Shown here in pieces: positions 58,700 through 64,000 of a stretch of DNA of 64,000 nucleotides. The stretch is from positions 192,001-256,000 of the forward strand of contig RDOC01000001.1 in the NCBI GenBank assembly GCA_011364985.1, given 5' to 3'. This stretch comes from Candidatus Thorarchaeota archaeon. Its GTDB lineage: Archaea > Asgardarchaeota > Thorarchaeia > Thorarchaeales > Thorarchaeaceae. The notes under the pieces were generated by a model. The model was not told the origin of the DNA, did not search any database, and saw only the letters and a list, made by a program, of their open reading frames with translations. The number at the start of each line of letters is the position of its first letter. Within the stretch, counting starts at the first letter, position 1. Both the position numbers and the translations under genes were made by a program.

Positions 58700-59074
58700 A
58701 TGAACAATAGTGTGGAAGACCTCAAGGATGAAATCCAAGAGCTTAGAGAAACTGTCCTCGGCCTAAGAAGAACCGTAGGAGAACTCACAGTGCAGTTGGA
58801 GAAGACAGAGCCTGTTCAAAATAAGCCCAAGGAAGAAGGATTGTACAAAGTTATTTCTAATCAAAGAATCTGTGTTGAGGGAGACCTTAGCTGGACAAGA
58901 CTAGTGAAACATCTGCAAGATGCCGACCAAGGATTGACCGCAACCGAAGCAGCATCGCGGTGGGGTAGGTCACGCTCACGAACTAGTGAAGTGCTCAATA
59001 AGCTTGCCAACAAGGGTCACGTCGTCAAGTACCGGGATGGTAGAAAGATCAGATTCAGATGTCTTGAAGACTGA
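58700..59074 (+). CDS. Coiled-coil + winged-helix DNA-binding protein
   Basis: N-terminal heptads and a C-terminal wHTH GLTATEAASRWGRSRSRTSEVLNKLANKGHVVKYRDGRK. GGTGA/GAGG RBS. Confidence 0.8.
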   Translation: MNNSVEDLKDEIQELRETVLGLRRTVGELTVQLEKTEPVQNKPKEEGLYKVISNQRICVEGDLSWTRLVKHLQDADQGLTATEAASRWGRSRSRTSEVLNKLANKGHVVKYRDGRKIRFRCLED

Positions 59075-59178
59075 CTTCATGGGCCGCTTCTTAGTAGTGC
59101 ACATTTCGCACCCTAGGTATTCTTAAGTATAGCATCTAGTACATAGCCTTTAGCGATTCGCAATAGGAGTTATGTCCG

Positions 59179-61497
59179 TTGACTAACCAGGCGCCAGGCA
59201 AGAAGAACGACGAAGCCGACTTCGAGGATGTTGAGGTGTACACAAGCAAACTGTACGAACTCAACATTCAGGCACAGGATGCCGTGAGGGATTTTTCTCT
59301 TCACGATATTGACGATGAAGAGGGGATAGAACTTAAGCGAATTGCTATGCACGATGCATACACCGAGCTCTATGATGCGATTGCCAAGTTTAGCGATGAA
59401 ATTGGCAGCGAGGAATTCGACATCGAGTACCTAAGAAGCAGACTTCCTCAAGCTGAAGATGAGGCAAAACAACAGATTGAAAATGCGCTTAGCGAGCTTC
59501 TGGCAAAGGCTCAGCAGAATCTTGCAGATGTGTGGATGTCGTTAGTACTTGCTTGGTTACATCAGGCTGCAGCTGCAAGCGGACCCTTCACCGAAGAAGA
59601 TAATGAGGAGAAGAGGAGAAGTGCTTCAAGTCATCTTGCCGACGTATATACCATGCTTGAAAAGCCCTTCTCTGCTGTGCCTCAGAAGATCGATGGTACT
59701 CAAAAGCTTCGTCGAGTTGCCTTGGGAGACAAGGCCTATCAGCTAATGTGTGAAGGCAGGGGTGAAAAAGACAGAGACCTAGCAGATTTGATGGGAAGCA
59801 ACAAGACTGCAGAAGCGGAATTCTATGATGAGTTTCTTAATGAGCTAATAGGGCAGGAAAGTACATTTCGACAAGCGTTCAATCCCTTTGATGAGCTAAT
59901 TTGGCGAAACATCCTAAGCTCCTTCATTTTTGAGCAGGCCACTGACCTGTACAATGAGTCAATTCCACACTTTGCGAAGAACAAGAAGCAAAACAAGCAG
60001 AAGATAGGCAAGATTAAGGCATGGAAACAGAACACCGCAGGTTTAAGTGAAGTCTACCTAGCGATGACTTACAATGACATTGCTGATGCACAAATGCGTG
60101 CGGGCAATCTCGAGGATGCCTCAAAGCTATACCACATCTCATCTGATGCATTTGGAAGGGCAGAGAAATGCTTTAGGAACTCACTTCAACTTCAGGCAAA
60201 TGCCACACAATCCGCTAATGATAAGGATCATAAGATGGCTCAATCCCTTTTCTGTAGAGCTGAGGCATCAGTTCAAACACTATCCGAATTGATGAAGCTG
60301 AACAACAAGCAAGAATCGTCTGCAATTCTTAAGGAGATTTTCAAGGACCTCAGGAAGGCCGAGAAGCTATCAAAGACAAGAGAATTAACTGGTGCCATCA
60401 AGGCGAATTTGACCACATTTTCGTTTGTAGAGAATCTCCTGAAGAAGAGGTTTGATGACCTAAGTGCAATACGAGACCAAATTGAATTTGCCAAAGAGAT
60501 TAGAAAAACCACCTTGATTCAGAGTGTAAGTAAAGCCTTAGATGAAGCCGGCTCAAACTTGGGAGAGAATGCCATTGATTCCCTTGAAGCAATACGCGAG
60601 GGACTAGATAATCTTGGCATTCTACTCAGCCTAGAGGTGGATGATGAAGAAATTGGCTATCTTAGGAACAAAACGATTGCATTGGTGAACAACGTCAAGT
60701 ATGTCATTCAATTCCAGCTCAGTTCAAAACTTGAGCAGAGCGTCAAATTCATACAGTCCCGAATTCTTGAGAATCTCCATGCCGCAGAAGCAGCCTCATA
60801 CTACAAGGTCATCGGAGAGAAGGCACAGGCCAGTGAGCTCACAGATCTTGGCAGACTTGCATTGGCAACAGCCTATGCATCAGAGGCGCAAGTCTACGCT
60901 AGGCAAACAGAACAGTGGTCATTCAGAACCCAGATGGAACGTATAGGTTACTTCAAGCAAATGGATGATGAGCTTGGGCAGCTTGAAGATGAGGAGAGTA
61001 TGGACGACGCAATGGAATCTCATGACACAACCCTGTCCAGAATAAAACAGGCCATCGCAGCCTTCGACTCGGCTGCCAATGAGCTTGCCAGTGTTAGAGA
61101 TGAGGAGATTAGAAAGAGGAACAATGTGGAAGCCCAAGTCCGCCAACTTCAAGCTGTAGTGATGAAATTTAGGGGTGACCTAAGAAGAATCCAGGGTGCC
61201 AAGAATGATTTTCTTGCTGAGGTGTCATTTAGGGCAGGCGACATATCCAAGGCGAAAATTCACTATTCAAATGCGAATGACGAGTTAAGGGAGGCAGTCG
61301 GCAATTACAATACGGCTGCGCAAGTCTTTCAGCAAAGCGGAGATGCTCAAGCGGCTCAAACAGTTGATGGCAGAGCAAAGACAACCGATATCCTTGCGCG
61401 CAGCATCTGGGACAATAGGCAACGTCTTGAGAGAGACCAAGAACCAAATGAAAAGGGAGATGCTGAGCTTTCAGCCTTGTACATGGGAGGCGGCTAA
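59179..61497 (+). CDS. Large all-alpha (TPR/SNAP-like solenoid) protein
   Basis: 772 aa rich in Ala/Glu/Leu, with an internal repeat ADAQMRAGNLEDASKLY / AEVSFRAGDISKAKIHY. Confidence 0.75.
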   Translation: MTNQAPGKKNDEADFEDVEVYTSKLYELNIQAQDAVRDFSLHDIDDEEGIELKRIAMHDAYTELYDAIAKFSDEIGSEEFDIEYLRSRLPQAEDEAKQQIENALSELLAKAQQNLADVWMSLVLAWLHQAAAASGPFTEEDNEEKRRSASSHLADVYTMLEKPFSAVPQKIDGTQKLRRVALGDKAYQLMCEGRGEKDRDLADLMGSNKTAEAEFYDEFLNELIGQESTFRQAFNPFDELIWRNILSSFIFEQATDLYNESIPHFAKNKKQNKQKIGKIKAWKQNTAGLSEVYLAMTYNDIADAQMRAGNLEDASKLYHISSDAFGRAEKCFRNSLQLQANATQSANDKDHKMAQSLFCRAEASVQTLSELMKLNNKQESSAILKEIFKDLRKAEKLSKTRELTGAIKANLTTFSFVENLLKKRFDDLSAIRDQIEFAKEIRKTTLIQSVSKALDEAGSNLGENAIDSLEAIREGLDNLGILLSLEVDDEEIGYLRNKTIALVNNVKYVIQFQLSSKLEQSVKFIQSRILENLHAAEAASYYKVIGEKAQASELTDLGRLALATAYASEAQVYARQTEQWSFRTQMERIGYFKQMDDELGQLEDEESMDDAMESHDTTLSRIKQAIAAFDSAANELASVRDEEIRKRNNVEAQVRQLQAVVMKFRGDLRRIQGAKNDFLAEVSFRAGDISKAKIHYSNANDELREAVGNYNTAAQVFQQSGDAQAAQTVDGRAKTTDILARSIWDNRQRLERDQEPNEKGDAELSALYMGGG

Positions 61498-61509
61498 TAC
61501 TGTCGCGGT

Positions 61510-63732
61510 TCATGTGAGAGCATACGACTGATCAGGCGTCCGCGTTAGGATTGGATTGGTGTATATCCTATTTGTCTTGAAGGGGGCAAAAGCAACTCCG
61601 CCTGCATGGTAGAACTTGCTAAACCACTCGACAAAGTGCAAACGTAGTGTGTGCATGAATGCCAAAAGGCCCTCCAGAATTCCAACAATGAATGTGCCAA
61701 TAATCGCTCCGAGCAGAGGGAGGTATGCAGGGCCCCATGTTTCAGTGGCATCATTGAATACCTCATGTGGAACAATCTCCACGCCAAGAATAGACACTGC
61801 AGGGAAAGGAATCTCAATAATCGCAGGAATCATGGAGAAGAACACTCCACTGAGAATGACATGAACCGAGTTCAGTGCGAATATTCGTGCGTAGCTGACT
61901 GTGTGGCTAATCATTCCTATTGCATATTCAAGAAACACGACAGCGCCATCCATTCCGCCCTTGAAGGAGGCGACGGCCATTGTTATCATGGGCAAAATGA
62001 GTGTGAGCACTGTAAAGGAGAGAGGAGCTATGCCACTGGGGATATACACGCCGTTATTTCCAATTCCGTAGCCGATGCCAGCTATGGGAATCCAGAGATA
62101 GACTTGCTCTCCTGGGTCTGCATTGAACCACGCGTCAATACTGCCATAGCTCACTCCAAATATCAGATTAATAAATCCCAAGTATAGAATCAAATAGGAA
62201 ATCGCAACCATCGCTTCCCTACGCTCATGGTGTTTGATTCTATTGTACAAATTAAGCAGAATGCCAAGAAGAATATGGATAACACCTATTTCGATGGATA
62301 GTTTTAACATATGGGCAGATCGGTAGGGATTTTCTACGGGATGCCCATGATCGAGCAGAAGGTGGCCTTCAGCATCAAGCAAGTAGTAAGAGAAAGTTGG
62401 CCATAGGGGTTCGATTACTGTCTCAGCACCAAAGAAACTTCCAAATAGAAAGCCGCCGACCATGGCAAAGATTCCCATCAAGATTAGGCCTTCAGCACCC
62501 GATTGTAGGTAGCCCAGTATTTGTCCCCAATCATCGCCTCTGTTTCTAGACCGCCATGCCGCTAGTCCAATAAGGATAATCAAAAATCCTTGACCTACGT
62601 CTGAAAAGACAAATCCAAAGATAATCGGGAAGGACAAGAACATTAGCTTTGTGGGATCTAAGTCATGCTTTGAGGGAGTGCCATAAGCGTAAACGACATC
62701 TTGCGTTGGTTTCATGAATTTGGGATTGTTCAAATAGGTGGGAGACTCATGTTCTGCAAAATCAGGATACTCAAATTTGATATCCAACGCAGGGCCAACA
62801 ACGCTTCCAATAATTGACTCAAATTCATCTTCTGTTCCAGAGGGGATCCATCCCCATGCTTTGACGGACTGCTCGGTGTAGACTAGAAAGGCCTTGGCAC
62901 CAATCCTTTTGCTCTCTATGTCAAGAAGTTCCCAAGCGGCAAGGATGCGCGGCTTCCATTCGCGTGCAATGATTCTCTTTCTTGCGTCAATCTGATCAAG
63001 TTCGGCTTTGAGTTCGGCAATCTTCGTAGTGGCCTCGTCAGCAATATCTTCTGGGCGACCATCTGCTGCTATTGGAGTGCTAAATGACTCAAACTCCATT
63101 GCTGTGAGAATCCGTTCAACAGCGTTTCTACGATCAATTGGTACACTTAGAGTTGCGACTGCAACACCTCGCTTTAACGGCACGTGATTCATCACGTAGG
63201 CATCTTCTGTAACTTCCTTCAGACTCCACTCAAGCTGGCTCACTCGCCCCTGTGGAATCACGCCTGCTGTGGTAAAGGTAAATTCAGTCATCCCAAGCAT
63301 GGATGGATCAATGCCAAGGGGTTTCAAAGAAACTACTACATCATGTATTGCCAATTGCTTGTCGAGTTCCAATCGGGTAGCGGCATAATCAGCATCCAGC
63401 TCCACGATTTCCGGCTCCACCGAACGAATTACTTCTGAAGCATATTCAATTATGTTTTGAATGCTAGATTCATCAATGTCGATACGGGAACCAATCCCAC
63501 GTCCAAGTTTGATATCAAGAGAGGCCAGGATCTTCTGTAGCCTTTCGAGGGCAGCAAACACGCTTTCTTCATCTCGAGATCGCTTCACCTCAATGGCTGC
63601 TGCCTGATGAGTCACATCGATGAATTCGAAGAGGCCAAATTGATCGAGTGCAAGCAGAAGCTCTCTTTCCAAATCCCGATGAGTCACAACTCTGGCTACC
63701 AGCATCTCGGCTGGGCTCATTCTTAGTCCCAT
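61510..63732 (-). CDS. atpI: A/V-type ATP synthase subunit I (a)
   Basis: GWIP, PTYLNNP, YGTP...DLDPT, FSDVGQG, essential Arg in SYARIFAL, LRLHFVEWFSKFY. Confidence 0.95.
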   Translation of the reverse strand: MGLRMSPAEMLVARVVTHRDLERELLLALDQFGLFEFIDVTHQAAAIEVKRSRDEESVFAALERLQKILASLDIKLGRGIGSRIDIDESSIQNIIEYASEVIRSVEPEIVELDADYAATRLELDKQLAIHDVVVSLKPLGIDPSMLGMTEFTFTTAGVIPQGRVSQLEWSLKEVTEDAYVMNHVPLKRGVAVATLSVPIDRRNAVERILTAMEFESFSTPIAADGRPEDIADEATTKIAELKAELDQIDARKRIIAREWKPRILAAWELLDIESKRIGAKAFLVYTEQSVKAWGWIPSGTEDEFESIIGSVVGPALDIKFEYPDFAEHESPTYLNNPKFMKPTQDVVYAYGTPSKHDLDPTKLMFLSFPIIFGFVFSDVGQGFLIILIGLAAWRSRNRGDDWGQILGYLQSGAEGLILMGIFAMVGGFLFGSFFGAETVIEPLWPTFSYYLLDAEGHLLLDHGHPVENPYRSAHMLKLSIEIGVIHILLGILLNLYNRIKHHERREAMVAISYLILYLGFINLIFGVSYGSIDAWFNADPGEQVYLWIPIAGIGYGIGNNGVYIPSGIAPLSFTVLTLILPMITMAVASFKGGMDGAVVFLEYAIGMISHTVSYARIFALNSVHVILSGVFFSMIPAIIEIPFPAVSILGVEIVPHEVFNDATETWGPAYLPLLGAIIGTFIVGILEGLLAFMHTLRLHFVEWFSKFYHAGGVAFAPFKTNRIYTNPILTRTPDQSYALT

Positions 63733-64000
63733 AATGTTCCACCGTAGAGCATCACCAGAACATACCAAAATGGGAGGCGTTTCGAAGCAATAATCTGGTA
63801 ATGAATTGGCCCTCTCTGCATAAGATAAACATTATGAAATGAAATCACTAATTCATGTTTAACAAATATAGCCCAATCTTTATCAATACTTGAGATTGGA
63901 AATCCTTGTCTAGGATTTCTTGAGGAACCAGCCATGTGTGCGGCGCATGAACAAATCGGTCAGATACATGAGGCTGAGGTCTCTGCAAAGAAAGAGGTTG

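Overview
64 kb of gene-dense archaeal chromosome, most likely from an Asgard archaeon (Thorarchaeia-like by inference). This rests on an unprenylated Rab-like GTPase, a longin/winged-helix protein, A/V-ATPase subunit I, tungsten-type AOR, TrmI, GGTGA/GGAG ribosome-binding sites and frequent TTG/GTG starts. I saw no rRNA, tRNA, CRISPR array, transposase or integrase. Metabolic content: peptidases (PepF, PepD), an SCP2-FabK/NMO-Fe-ADH-AOR cluster, an fhs-folD-ftcd tetrahydrofolate C1 operon divergent from a form IV RuBisCO-like protein, sugar kinases, lplA, pyrF and glmM. Main findings: (1) an apparently complete bacillithiol-type biosynthesis cluster (bshB / bshA-bshC, next to glmM) in an archaeon, with a BshC carrying a 4-Cys zinc-ribbon insert and a BshB with an altered second catalytic motif; (2) a small coiled-coil + Pro-rich protein ending in an Ena/VASP F-actin-binding (FAB)/WH2-like motif; (3) an NPRL2 (GATOR1)-like longin + winged-helix protein. 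The window also has several pseudogenes (flavodoxin, an ArsR paralog, a GNAT with an in-frame TGA, a frameshifted surface protein) and evidence for CTG start codons. All family assignments come from motif recognition by eye; no searches were run.
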